This document shows, piece after piece, positions 27,088-35,474 of a stretch of 64,000 nucleotides of DNA. The notes beneath the pieces were generated by a model that worked only from the letters and a program-made list of their open reading frames with translations, searched no databases and was not told where the DNA came from. The stretch's first letter is position 1. The number at the start of each line of letters is the position of its first letter. Origin of the DNA: Candidatus Aenigmatarchaeota archaeon. GTDB lineage: Archaea > Aenigmatarchaeota > Aenigmatarchaeia > GW2011-AR5 > JAHLMP01. The stretch covers positions 43,472 to 107,471 of the forward strand of contig JAHLMP010000003.1 of the NCBI GenBank assembly GCA_018920315.1, given 5' to 3'. The translations under genes were made by a program, and so were the position numbers.

Positions 27088-28656
27088 TTATCTCTCCAAT
27101 ATGAATGACCTTTCAAACCCTTCTTCTTTTATTATTTTTATTAGCATATTCTTTTTCAAATCTTCCACAACTACTATTGGCTCTATCTCTTTTGCATACT
27201 TCTCTGCTTCTTGAAGCTTTATTGATTTTTCGGCATAGATCGTGAAGAGCTTATCATTCTCTTTTACTCTGTCTCCTATCTTTACATGAAGTTTTATTCC
27301 TGCGCCCCTATCTTTTGGAGCTCCAGCAATCTTTGCTAGCTCTGCAAGCTCATTATTTTTAATCCACATTACTATTCCATTCTTTCTTGAAAAAATATTA
27401 ACTTGTTTTTCTCCAATTTTTATATCTTCTGGTGAGATATTCCTTTTTCCTCCTTGCTCTTCTATTATTTCTCTAATCTTCTTTTCAGCCTTTCCGCTTT
27501 TTATCGCTTTTAATGCCAAATTTTTATTTCCTTTTCCTATCATTTCTAATAATATTCCGGCAAGAGAACATGCTTTATCTATTAGATCCTCTGGCTCTTT
27601 TCTTGTTATTAATGCTTCTAAAGCCTCTCTTGCTTCGAGCGCTGGACCTATAGTATACCCTACTGGCTGCTCTCCAAAGGTTACGGCGCAAGCAGCATTT
27701 ATTCCAAGCTTCTTAGAAACCTTAATAAATTCACTTGCAACATCAAAAGCCTCTCCAAATGTTTTTATCTTTGTTCCTCTCCCTGTTGGCAAATCTATAA
27801 CTAAATGTGTAGCTCCAACTGCCTTTTTCTTACTTAGAATTGAAGGTATGTATAATGGGTCTAAATTTAGTGGCTGCTCTATTCGTATAAATAGATCATC
27901 TGCTGGTGATATGTCTACGCTTCCTCCCCAAACAATGCAACCATTTGTCTTTTCTACAACTCTTTTCATTTCCTCCAAGCTTAAATTTACTGGTGCTAAA
28001 CATTCCATTCTATCTGCTGTTCCAGCTGCACTTGTTATTGCTCTTGAAGATGTTTTTGGGATTGTTAATCCTAAGGAAGCTATGATTGGAACAAGCAATA
28101 TTGTTGTCTTATCTCCTGGAACACCCCCTAAGCTATGCTTATCACAAACTATTTTCTTTCTTTTCAATTCTAATCTTTTTCCTACTTCTGTCATTGCTTT
28201 AACAAAAGCTACCTCTTCATCTAGAGAAAGACCATGAATTTGAAGTGCAGTAATAAATGCTGCGAGCTCTAAATCATTTAGATTATTATTTACAACATCC
28301 TTTACAATTTCTTTTATCTCCTCTTCACTTATCCTCTTGCCGTTTATCTTCTTTCTTATAAATGTTTTTGAAATAAGTTCTGGTCTTTTTTCAATTTCTA
28401 CGATATCAAAATTTTTTAATCCTAAAATATTCCATGCTTCATTATAAAGAAGTATCTCGCCCTCCTTAACAAAATTTTCACTTATGTTGACGATGCAAGT
28501 AATTATCTTTTTTTTAAATCTAACAAATATTCTATTAAGTGGTTTTATTCCAAGTTCTTCTGCATCATTTTTATTCATAACTGCAACAAGTTTTCCTCCA
28601 GCATCCATATCTAAGCGCTTTGCAACCAATTTCATTATCTCACCCTTTATTTCCAT
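27088..28656 (-). CDS. deoA: AMP phosphorylase (thymidine phosphorylase family, DeoA-like)
   Basis: 522 aa with the extra N-terminal domain typical of archaeal AMPpase (KRLDMDAGGKLVAVMNKNDAEELGI), then the glycosyltransferase family 3 core (DKHSLGGVPGDKTT, SSRAITSAAGTAD). Its start overlaps the rbcL stop by 10 nt. Confidence 0.9.
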   Translation of the reverse strand: MEIKGEIMKLVAKRLDMDAGGKLVAVMNKNDAEELGIKPLNRIFVRFKKKIITCIVNISENFVKEGEILLYNEAWNILGLKNFDIVEIEKRPELISKTFIRKKINGKRISEEEIKEIVKDVVNNNLNDLELAAFITALQIHGLSLDEEVAFVKAMTEVGKRLELKRKKIVCDKHSLGGVPGDKTTILLVPIIASLGLTIPKTSSRAITSAAGTADRMECLAPVNLSLEEMKRVVEKTNGCIVWGGSVDISPADDLFIRIEQPLNLDPLYIPSILSKKKAVGATHLVIDLPTGRGTKIKTFGEAFDVASEFIKVSKKLGINAACAVTFGEQPVGYTIGPALEAREALEALITRKEPEDLIDKACSLAGILLEMIGKGNKNLALKAIKSGKAEKKIREIIEEQGGKRNISPEDIKIGEKQVNIFSRKNGIVMWIKNNELAELAKIAGAPKDRGAGIKLHVKIGDRVKENDKLFTIYAEKSIKLQEAEKYAKEIEPIVVVEDLKKNMLIKIIKEEGFERSFILER

Positions 28657-29873
28657 GTTTTCAGCGCAATCTTAAGCTCTTTTTTATTCTTTGCGTATTC
28701 CTCCAAAGGAATTCCTTTAATCGTCGCTTCTATTGCTTGCCTAATTGCTTTTGCTCCTGCCTCTGGACCAAGAGGATGACCCCACAAACCACCGCCAAAA
28801 TTTATTATTAAATCGCTTCCAAGAATTTTTATTATTTGTGGCACTAGCTTAGGATGTAAACCGCCGGAAGCGATTGGCATAACCTTTTTTATCCCTTGCA
28901 TGCTACTTCTCAAAAAATTATTTATCTCTACTACTTCGCTCTTCTTTCCTTCCATCTTTCCAACTACTGTACCAGTATGTAATGCAGAAACCCCTGCAAG
29001 CCTAGCAAACTTTGCGATTACTAACATTGAAATTCCATGTTTTTTATTTCTTGTAAATATTGCATGACCTGCACGATGTGCATGAATTATTGGCTTCATT
29101 TTTCTCGTTTTCTCAACTATAAATTGTAAAGAAGACCAGCCACATGTTATTATGTCAATCATAATGCATTTCCCTCCTTGCTTTTTAACAAACTCAGCTC
29201 TTTCGAGCATTTTATCTGCTTGCGATGTTATGTTAGGAGAATATATTACTTGTCTTCCTTGTTCTCTTTTGATTTTATCTACAACATCCAAAATTCTAAT
29301 AACTCTTTCTTCAAATCTATTAAATTCCATAGAAGCAAGATTTTCATCATCCTTAGTGTAATCTACTCCAGCAGAATAGATTTTATACGCAAGCTTTGTC
29401 ATCTCTTTTGGAGTTAAACCAAGCTTTGGCTTAAAGATCGTTCCTATTATTGGAAAATCTTTTATCTTCATTATTCTTCTTATATCCTCTAGCCCTATAG
29501 CAGGGCCTTTAAAACTTTTTATCATAACCTTAGGAATTTCAACATCTAATAATCTCAAGTTCTTTATTGTCTTCATTCCAAATATATTGCCAGCGATGCT
29601 ACTCATTATCTGCGAAATATTTGCACGCTCGAACAAAATAATTGGGTATGCGATCTTAACTATCCTATTCTTTTTGTTAATTTCAAAAACCTTTGCGCTC
29701 ATTTTCTCTATTCTTTTATTCATCGTCTTTACTTCTGTCCAAGTACCAATAGAAGATTCTGCAGCAAGTTGTTCTGCACATTTTTCAAAAGATATTTTAT
29801 TTGGCTCTATATAGAATTTGCATATCAAATCTTCTTCTGTTGGCTTATAATATAAATTGAGATATTTTCCCAT
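28647..29873 (-). CDS. rbcL: ribulose bisphosphate carboxylase large subunit, form III-like
   Basis: Motifs GTWTEV, KPKLGL, VDYTKDDENL (carbamylated Lys box), HAHRAGHA, ASGGLHP and FGGGLWGHPLG. The start is taken at the ATG at 29873 (MGKYLNLYYKP...). The track ORF extends 20 codons further from a TTG. Confidence 0.95.
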   Translation of the reverse strand: MGKYLNLYYKPTEEDLICKFYIEPNKISFEKCAEQLAAESSIGTWTEVKTMNKRIEKMSAKVFEINKKNRIVKIAYPIILFERANISQIMSSIAGNIFGMKTIKNLRLLDVEIPKVMIKSFKGPAIGLEDIRRIMKIKDFPIIGTIFKPKLGLTPKEMTKLAYKIYSAGVDYTKDDENLASMEFNRFEERVIRILDVVDKIKREQGRQVIYSPNITSQADKMLERAEFVKKQGGKCIMIDIITCGWSSLQFIVEKTRKMKPIIHAHRAGHAIFTRNKKHGISMLVIAKFARLAGVSALHTGTVVGKMEGKKSEVVEINNFLRSSMQGIKKVMPIASGGLHPKLVPQIIKILGSDLIINFGGGLWGHPLGPEAGAKAIRQAIEATIKGIPLEEYAKNKKELKIALKTWK

Positions 29874-29947
29874 AATATACCAATAGTAGGAGGCAATAAA
29901 AAACTTTAAATAGTTTTGCTTTATTTGTATCAATCAAAGGTGATTGA

Positions 29948-30061
29948 ATGAAAATAAACTTCGAAGAGGAAGACTGGGAAGAAGAGGAAGAGAGTGAAGA
30001 AGAGGAAGACTGGGAAGAAGAGGAAGAGAGTGAAGAAGAGGAAGACTGGGAAGAAGAATAA
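29948..30061 (+). repeat. 36-nt tandem repeat (about 2.7 copies, 29963-30058) forming a 37-codon hyper-acidic micro-ORF
   Basis: ATG at 29948 and TAA at 30059-30061. The peptide is MKINFEEEDWEEEEESEEEEDWEEEEESEEEEDWEEE. The unit gaagaggaagactgggaagaagaggaagagagtgaa is repeated exactly. It lies 75 nt from the rbcL start and is divergent from it. Confidence 0.6.
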
Positions 30062-30311
30062 AATACAAGCGTTACACTTGTAGGATTATTTTATTTCTTG
30101 TTTTATTTTTCATTTGCTTTGTTTTTAATACCTTTTACTTCTTCTGTTATCAATTTACTTCTTGTTTATCAATTCTTTATAAGTATTTTGGAGGGGAATT
30201 AAAAAGCGAATAAGAGTTTTTGGTTTATAAAATTTTAGATTGCATTTAAAACAGGATGAATTTTTAAAAGATTTAAAAATTTAATTTAAAGATAAAGAAT
30301 ATGGTGATAGT

Positions 30312-30662
30312 ATGGTATTGAATGTATTTAAGAAAAAAAATGAAGGTGAAGAAGAGGAGTATGTTGAATTGAATTTAGAAGAGGGTGAAAGCAAAGAAGG
30401 GAAAATAAAAATTGTTGTAGAAAATTTAAGTAGCGTAGCAGACTCAGATAGAATTCAAGAAAAGATAAGAGAAGGTAAGATAGTATTCTTTAAGATAAAA
30501 GATCTTAAAGAAAAAGATTTGGACGAGCTTAAAAGAGCTGTGTCAAGAATAAGCAAAACTTGCTCAGCAATTGGAGGCGATATTGCTGGAGTTTCTGAAG
30601 AATGGATTGTTGCAACACCAAGCTTTGCAGTAATAGAAAGGCCAAAAGTAGTCGAGGAATAA
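30312..30662 (+). CDS. sepF: cell division protein SepF (DUF552)
   Basis: 116 aa with an acidic N-terminus, then KIKIVVENLSSVADSDRIQEKIREGKIVFFKIKDL...AVSRISKTCSAIGGDIAGVSEEWIVATP, the SepF core pattern. Confidence 0.8.
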   Translation: MVLNVFKKKNEGEEEEYVELNLEEGESKEGKIKIVVENLSSVADSDRIQEKIREGKIVFFKIKDLKEKDLDELKRAVSRISKTCSAIGGDIAGVSEEWIVATPSFAVIERPKVVEE

Positions 30663-30690
30663 AATTTGCCAAAATTAAATAATTTTTAAA

Positions 30691-30972
30691 CTATCTTTTT
30701 ATTGATTCTAATATAGAAACTATATTCCATATTTTCGTTCTTGCATAAATAGGAAGATTTATGTCAATTGAAATTTCATCCATTATAGCAACAACCTTTC
30801 CTATTCTTATCTCTTTTTCTACTTTTGTATTATTAAGCTCATTCTTCGCTTCTTCTAGCTTGAGTCTTACATTTTTTGGTATGTTTGTATCTGCTATAAG
30901 TTCATCAATTACTAGAATAGCGTCTTTTACTGTTGCCATAAACTCACCATATTTCTTGTTATTTCTCTCCAA
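30691..30972 (-). CDS. UPF0147 family protein
   Basis: NIPKNVRLKLEEAKNEL...IMDEISIDINLPIYARTKIWNIVSILESI matches the conserved archaeal UPF0147 pattern. The likely true start is MATVKD at 30939. Confidence 0.8.
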   Translation of the reverse strand: MERNNKKYGEFMATVKDAILVIDELIADTNIPKNVRLKLEEAKNELNNTKVEKEIRIGKVVAIMDEISIDINLPIYARTKIWNIVSILESIKR

Positions 30973-31031
30973 ATTTTATTAAATATTTCTCTAATATTTA
31001 AAATATATTTAAAAATCTTTTTTTCGATATT

Positions 31032-31298
31032 ATGCTTAGAGGAATAGCTATGAAATTGAGAGTAAATAGGGGGTATAGAGAATATTTAAGAGAAGAGGTT
31101 GCATCAGACACGATAACAGATGATGATATAAAAAAAGAGTATTTTGTCTCAATGTATATTGAACCGGAAAATGAAGAAGATATGGAATTAATAAAGAAGA
31201 TGCATAGACTTAAGATGTATAGAGACTTTGACACTGAATTTTTAGGTTCTACTCCAGAAGAAGCTGAAAAAAGTATGAAAAAAATAAAGAAAATTTAA
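31032..31298 (+). CDS. hypothetical acidic protein
   Basis: 88-aa ORF with no recognised motif. Confidence 0.4.
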   Translation: MLRGIAMKLRVNRGYREYLREEVASDTITDDDIKKEYFVSMYIEPENEEDMELIKKMHRLKMYRDFDTEFLGSTPEEAEKSMKKIKKI

Positions 31299-31505
31299 AA
31301 AGAAGTTATGAAGAATGGCTTAGAAAAATAAGAGATGCTAAAGAAGACGAATTTAAATTAAACATTTAGCTTTAATTTTGTATTTTTTTCTTAGATAAAA
31401 ATTTAAAAATGAAGAACAAGATTAAATTAATAAAAATTAGAGTTTTATGTAAAAGCTAAAGCGAGATGCGAGGGTAGCCAAGTGGACAAAGGCGCTAGGC
31501 TTAGG

Positions 31506-31544
31506 AGATAAGGGCGAAGTTCAGGAAAATATTGAATTTGAGAC
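31506..31544 (+). other. tRNA-Leu canonical intron (37/38)
   Basis: BHB motif: central helix CTTA (31500-31503) / TGAG (31539-31542) with one G-U pair. The 3-nt bulges are GGA (31504-31506) and ACA (31543-31545). Confidence 0.8.
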
Positions 31545-31576
31545 ACCTAGTCCCTTAGTGGGTTCGCAGGTTCGAA

Positions 31577-31838
31577 GCGGTTTTCACATCTCACAAGTTT
31601 GTAAAAATTAAATGCGAGAATCAAAGAGTGTAGAATTCGAGATAGTTGATGAAAAGCTAAAAATTTGGCAATTCGCAAGAATAGAAAAAATAATTGAACA
31701 GAGCGTCTGAAGAAAAATTGAAAAAGATGAAAAAACTCGTAATAAATGGATAAAAATAAAATTTTAAAAATCGGAATGTAAGATTGAAGATTCGCGATAA
31801 TTAAATCTAAGAAAATTTCGATGTGAACATCGCGAAAA
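31577..31838 (+). other. tRNA-Leu T-loop intron (59/60), 262 nt
   Basis: BHB motif: central helix TTCG (31571-31574) / CGAA (31833-31836), with bulges AAG (31575-31577) and AAT (31837-31839). A 13-position helix follows, CGGTTTTCACATC (31578-31590) / GATGTGAACATCG (31820-31832), with one wobble and one mismatch. Confidence 0.8.
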
Positions 31839-31856
31839 TCCTGCCCCTCGCATTAA

Positions 31857-32129
31857 TCATGCTGAATAAGATCTCTTAAAACTAATCTCAAAAAGTGCCC
31901 AAGCCCAAATTATTGCCTCAAAAGCTCTAATTAAATCGCCTTTATTATAGAAGTATTTAGAATCTTCTATGTATGCTCTTATATCTTTTAGAATTTCTTT
32001 TTTGTTTTCTTTTTGGTTTTCTTTATTCAAATTATTCAACTCCTCTTCTATCTTGTTTTTCCATTTCTCTATTTCACTTTTTAGTTTAATTTCTATATCT
32101 CTATTTTCTATTTTATCGTTGTTTTTCAT
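31857..32129 (-). CDS. DUF357-like small protein
   Basis: 90 aa. The C-terminal half IRAYIEDSKYFYNKGDLIRAFEAIIWAWALFE resembles the DUF357 pattern. It shares an ATGA overlap with serS upstream. Confidence 0.55.
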   Translation of the reverse strand: MKNNDKIENRDIEIKLKSEIEKWKNKIEEELNNLNKENQKENKKEILKDIRAYIEDSKYFYNKGDLIRAFEAIIWAWALFEISFKRSYSA

Positions 32130-33391
32130 ATTCTATCTATTCCATTCATATATTCTTGCAATACCTTTGGAATAATTATATCTCCATTTTCTCTTTGATA
32201 TTGCTCTATTATTGCTATCATAGTTCTACTTGTAGCAATGGCTGTACTATTAAGCGTGTGAACAAAACCTTTGGGGAGCTGACCTTCTTTTTCTCTATAT
32301 TTTATATTTAATCTTCTTGCCTGATAATCTGTACAATTCGAGTTAGAGCCTGCTTCTCTAAAAATTCCGTCTGACATCCAGATTTCGATATCATATTTCT
32401 TGCTTGCAAAATCCCCTAGATCTGCGGTACAAATATTAACTACGCGATAATACAAACCAAGCTCTTGATATAACTCTTCAGCATTTTTCTGAATTTCTTC
32501 AAACATTTCCCAACTCTGATTTGGCAAGCAAAAAACAAATTGCTCAACTTTATGAAATTGATGCATTCTGAAAAGTCCTTTTGTATATTTTCCATGAGCT
32601 CCGACTTCCTTTCTAAAACATGGGCTTACTGCAACGATCTTTAAAGGAAGTTGAGAAGCAAGAAATGTTTCGTTCATAAACATTGCAGCAATAGGATGTT
32701 CCGCAGTAGCTATTAAGTATAAGTCCTCGTCTTCTATCTTATAAAGTTGCTCATGAAAGAATTCAAAATCTGTTGCTCCTTTATATGCTTCTTTTCTCAT
32801 CATGTATGGAGGAATTATTAGCCTATATCCTTTTTTTATTAATCTATCAATGGCAAATCTTATTAGTGCAAGGTCTAAAAGTGCAAGATTATTATACAAA
32901 TAAAAAAATCCTCTTCCAGCTATTTTTCCAGCTCTTTCATCATCTATTAACATCTTTTCTTTTAATATCTCTAAATGATTTTTTGGCTTGAAATCAAATT
33001 TAGGAGGAGAACCCCATCTTCTTATCTCAACATTTTCATTTCCTATAGGAACTGTCTCATGAATAAGATTTGGAATTTGCAACAATATTTCTTTACATCT
33101 TTTGTTAAAAATATTCAATTCCTTTTCCTTCGATTCTATCTCTTTCGAAATTTCACTAACTTTTTCTATCAAGCTCGTTATATTCTCTCCTTTATTTTTT
33201 CTTATCGATATTTCTTTAGTTAAAAGATTTTTTTCATGTTTGAGATTCTCAACTTCTTTTTTTAATTTCATTCTTTCCCTATCTTTCTCTAAAAGCTCTT
33301 CGAAAAGCTTTATCTTTTCAAAATTTTCTCTTTTTTCCAAATTCTTTCTAACAAAATCTGGGTTTTCTCTTATTAGCTTTATATCAAGCAT
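32126..33391 (-). CDS. serS: seryl-tRNA synthetase
   Basis: 421 aa with an N-terminal coiled-coil arm and class II motifs (FRKEVGAHG..., GLFRMHQFHKVE, TLNSTAIATSRTMIAIIE). Confidence 0.95.
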   Translation of the reverse strand: MLDIKLIRENPDFVRKNLEKRENFEKIKLFEELLEKDRERMKLKKEVENLKHEKNLLTKEISIRKNKGENITSLIEKVSEISKEIESKEKELNIFNKRCKEILLQIPNLIHETVPIGNENVEIRRWGSPPKFDFKPKNHLEILKEKMLIDDERAGKIAGRGFFYLYNNLALLDLALIRFAIDRLIKKGYRLIIPPYMMRKEAYKGATDFEFFHEQLYKIEDEDLYLIATAEHPIAAMFMNETFLASQLPLKIVAVSPCFRKEVGAHGKYTKGLFRMHQFHKVEQFVFCLPNQSWEMFEEIQKNAEELYQELGLYYRVVNICTADLGDFASKKYDIEIWMSDGIFREAGSNSNCTDYQARRLNIKYREKEGQLPKGFVHTLNSTAIATSRTMIAIIEQYQRENGDIIIPKVLQEYMNGIDRI

Positions 33392-33411
33392 TAAAACACC
33401 TTATAAATATT

Positions 33412-34494
33412 TTATCTTGTTATAGTTTGCTCTCTTACAAAATCATAAAGCTCTTTTGCTTTTTTATTCTTTTCAAAATGCTCTCTAATAGGAGCTATAA
33501 TTCTGTCAAGATATTCTATAGCACTATTCTTTAAATCGAGTGGGTGAATCTCTCCACTCAAATAACTTTTTTCAAGCTCTTCATAGCTAAGGAATTCTAC
33601 GCTACCTCCATATTTTTCTTCTCTTTCTATTTTTATTTCTTTAAAACTCTTGAAGATTATATACTTAAAATACTCTAAGATAGGATTTCCTTCTATTTGC
33701 TTTGGTGGACAATATGCTGCAAGAATCTTTCTTTTTAATTCCTCTTTTGAATCATGAATAAAAATACAACTACTTGGTTTGCTCTTGCTCATCTTAGAAG
33801 AGATTTGAAGATCTATACGTTTATTTTCATCATAACCTTCTGGCGTTTTTATACCTTCTAGTCCCATTAGCATGTGATGACTTATAACAACAGGCTTTTT
33901 CCATCCTAATTTTGATGCTATATCTCTTGCAAGCATATTTGCTCTTCTCTGATCTAAACCAAGCTGGCAAATATCAACATCTAAGTGAAATATGTCAGCA
34001 CATTGCATTATTGGATAAAAGTATTGTGCTACTTCTTTTAACTCTCCTTCCTTTCTTCCCATTATTGTTAATGCTCTTGTTGCTCTCTTTATTGTTGTGT
34101 TTTTAGCAATGATGATAACTTTTTTCCAATACTCCCTATCACTAAAAAAATCTAATGCCCAACAATACTCTACGTTTTCAACACCAGCTGCCTTCCAAAC
34201 TTCAATAAAATATTCTCCAACCTTTCTAATCTTTTCTAAATCTCCTTCCATCTTATTGTTAATCCATGCAAACGAATCCGCAAGAAGAAACTTAAACCTT
34301 ATTCCAACCTTTTGAAATTCTTTTAAAAGTAATGGTCTAAAAATGCCAAAAGCTATGTGTGCTAATCCAGAAGGCTCGAAACCATCATAAGCTAATGGAG
34401 TCTTTTTTGTTTCTAAAAGTTCGCGAAGCTCTTTTTCTGTTATTATTTCTTCTGCATTGCTCTTTATGATTTCTATCTTTTCATCAACATTCAT
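33412..34494 (-). CDS. tyrS: tyrosyl-tRNA synthetase (archaeal type)
   Basis: 360 aa, collinear with the recalled M. jannaschii TyrRS (YDGFEPSGLAHIAFG, YPIMQCADIFHL, KMSKSKPSS, AYCPP...EGNPILEY, HPLDLKNS). Confidence 0.9.
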   Translation of the reverse strand: MNVDEKIEIIKSNAEEIITEKELRELLETKKTPLAYDGFEPSGLAHIAFGIFRPLLLKEFQKVGIRFKFLLADSFAWINNKMEGDLEKIRKVGEYFIEVWKAAGVENVEYCWALDFFSDREYWKKVIIIAKNTTIKRATRALTIMGRKEGELKEVAQYFYPIMQCADIFHLDVDICQLGLDQRRANMLARDIASKLGWKKPVVISHHMLMGLEGIKTPEGYDENKRIDLQISSKMSKSKPSSCIFIHDSKEELKRKILAAYCPPKQIEGNPILEYFKYIIFKSFKEIKIEREEKYGGSVEFLSYEELEKSYLSGEIHPLDLKNSAIEYLDRIIAPIREHFEKNKKAKELYDFVREQTITR

Positions 34495-34570
34495 AGATAT
34501 CGCTTAAGCTAAAAACATGTGAATAAAATAAATGAACTTTCTATGAATTAAAATTATTAAGAATGAGATT

Positions 34571-35452
34571 TTAAATTTCTATTATATCAAAATCTTCTGC
34601 ATTTCCTAACTTTCCGTTTGCATAAACTAAATATTTTATATTTTTCCAGTCATGACCAAACAATTTAGCTACATAGCTATCTATTGCTACAGGATCGTAG
34701 CTTGCAAAGATTTTGTTTATCGCTGGCGTGCAAGGTTTTCCATCAATCTCTTGGTCCCTTTGTCCTATTCTAGCGTCGCAAATTGTTAGATCTGGCTTTT
34801 TATATAAATTAATATCATATATGCTTTCGTGCACACCAAGAACGTGCAAATCACACTTACTCCAACCTCTCGAGAATATTTTTCTCGCAACTACAACGCC
34901 TATTCTTCTTAGCATATTCCACTCTGCTAAATATCCTTTAGAAAGATAGATGCCAAACATGTTTTTCAAGCTATTTGTAATGATCGCAGAACTATGCTCC
35001 TTTGGAACAGGAACATTAATAAGAAAAGAATTAATAAGTACAGAAGGAAATAACATAGACTTTAATTTTAATGCTTTTTCATTTTTGAGCTCAACTCTCT
35101 CGACTCTATTCAAATCTATTAGCTCGATGTTAAACTCCCTTCTTAATTTTTCATATCCAAGATCTTTAAAAGCTTGCAATGTATCGCAACCACCGCTTCC
35201 TTCTGCAACAATAATCTTTCTATCTTTTGCGATATTTCTTCTAAGAATCTCCTTTATAATAGCTTCTACGCATTCTACGCTTGTTGTTACCGGAGGCAAT
35301 AAATTTATAGTCAAGTTCGGCTTTATTACTATCTTTTCTTCTTTTATTCTATTTTTCAGATCTCCTAAAGCATCAAAAATCTTTCTTATTGTTTTTTCAT
35401 AACTTTCGAATTCTGCTACAATAACTTTTGAATCTTTTTTCATATCATTCAC
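34571..35452 (-). CDS. DUF362 domain protein
   Basis: 293 aa with the EKIVIKPNLTINLLPPVTTSVECVEAIIKEI pattern typical of DUF362. Confidence 0.75.
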   Translation of the reverse strand: MNDMKKDSKVIVAEFESYEKTIRKIFDALGDLKNRIKEEKIVIKPNLTINLLPPVTTSVECVEAIIKEILRRNIAKDRKIIVAEGSGGCDTLQAFKDLGYEKLRREFNIELIDLNRVERVELKNEKALKLKSMLFPSVLINSFLINVPVPKEHSSAIITNSLKNMFGIYLSKGYLAEWNMLRRIGVVVARKIFSRGWSKCDLHVLGVHESIYDINLYKKPDLTICDARIGQRDQEIDGKPCTPAINKIFASYDPVAIDSYVAKLFGHDWKNIKYLVYANGKLGNAEDFDIIEI

Positions 35453-35474
35453 AGGAAATAATTATTTACAACAG

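Larger units (their letters stand above)
31468..31852 (+). tRNA. tRNA-Leu(UAG) with two BHB introns (39 nt at 37/38; 262 nt at 59/60)
   Basis: The exons 31468-31505, 31545-31576 and 31839-31852 fold by hand as follows:
- Acceptor GCGAGGG/CCCTCGC.
- D arm GCCAAGTGGACAAAGGC.
- Anticodon stem CTAGG/CCTAG with loop CTTAGGA.
- Long variable arm.
- T arm GCAGG-TTCGAAT-CCTGC.
- Discriminator A. Confidence 0.85.

Noticed and set aside
26195-28237. Plus-strand ORFs of 147 and 129 aa inside apgM and deoA. Similar antisense ORFs occur at 12340..12681, 33102..33425, 34950..35402 and 46515..46853.
   Set aside because: Each lies fully inside a longer ORF with clear family motifs on the other strand. Stop-poor antisense frames are expected in this AT-rich coding DNA.
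29874-29933. N-terminal 20-codon extension of the RuBisCO ORF (MIQIKQNYLKFFIASYYWYI, from a TTG).
   Set aside because: It reads like translated AT-rich promoter sequence. The ATG at 29873 gives the conserved MGKYLNLYYKP start.
29963-30058. Possible CRISPR-like repeat.
   Set aside because: The repeats are directly tandem with no spacers, only 2.7 units long, and in frame within a micro-ORF. No cas genes are present in the window.
31647-31710. Box C/D sRNA inside the long tRNA-Leu intron (UGAUGA at 31647-31652, CUGA at 31707-31710), by analogy with the tRNA-Trp intron of some Euryarchaeota.
   Set aside because: No complementary terminal stem flanks the boxes, and I found no convincing internal D'/C' pair. 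Short boxes like these occur by chance in AT/GA-rich sequence. The idea is kept only as something to test with RNA-seq.
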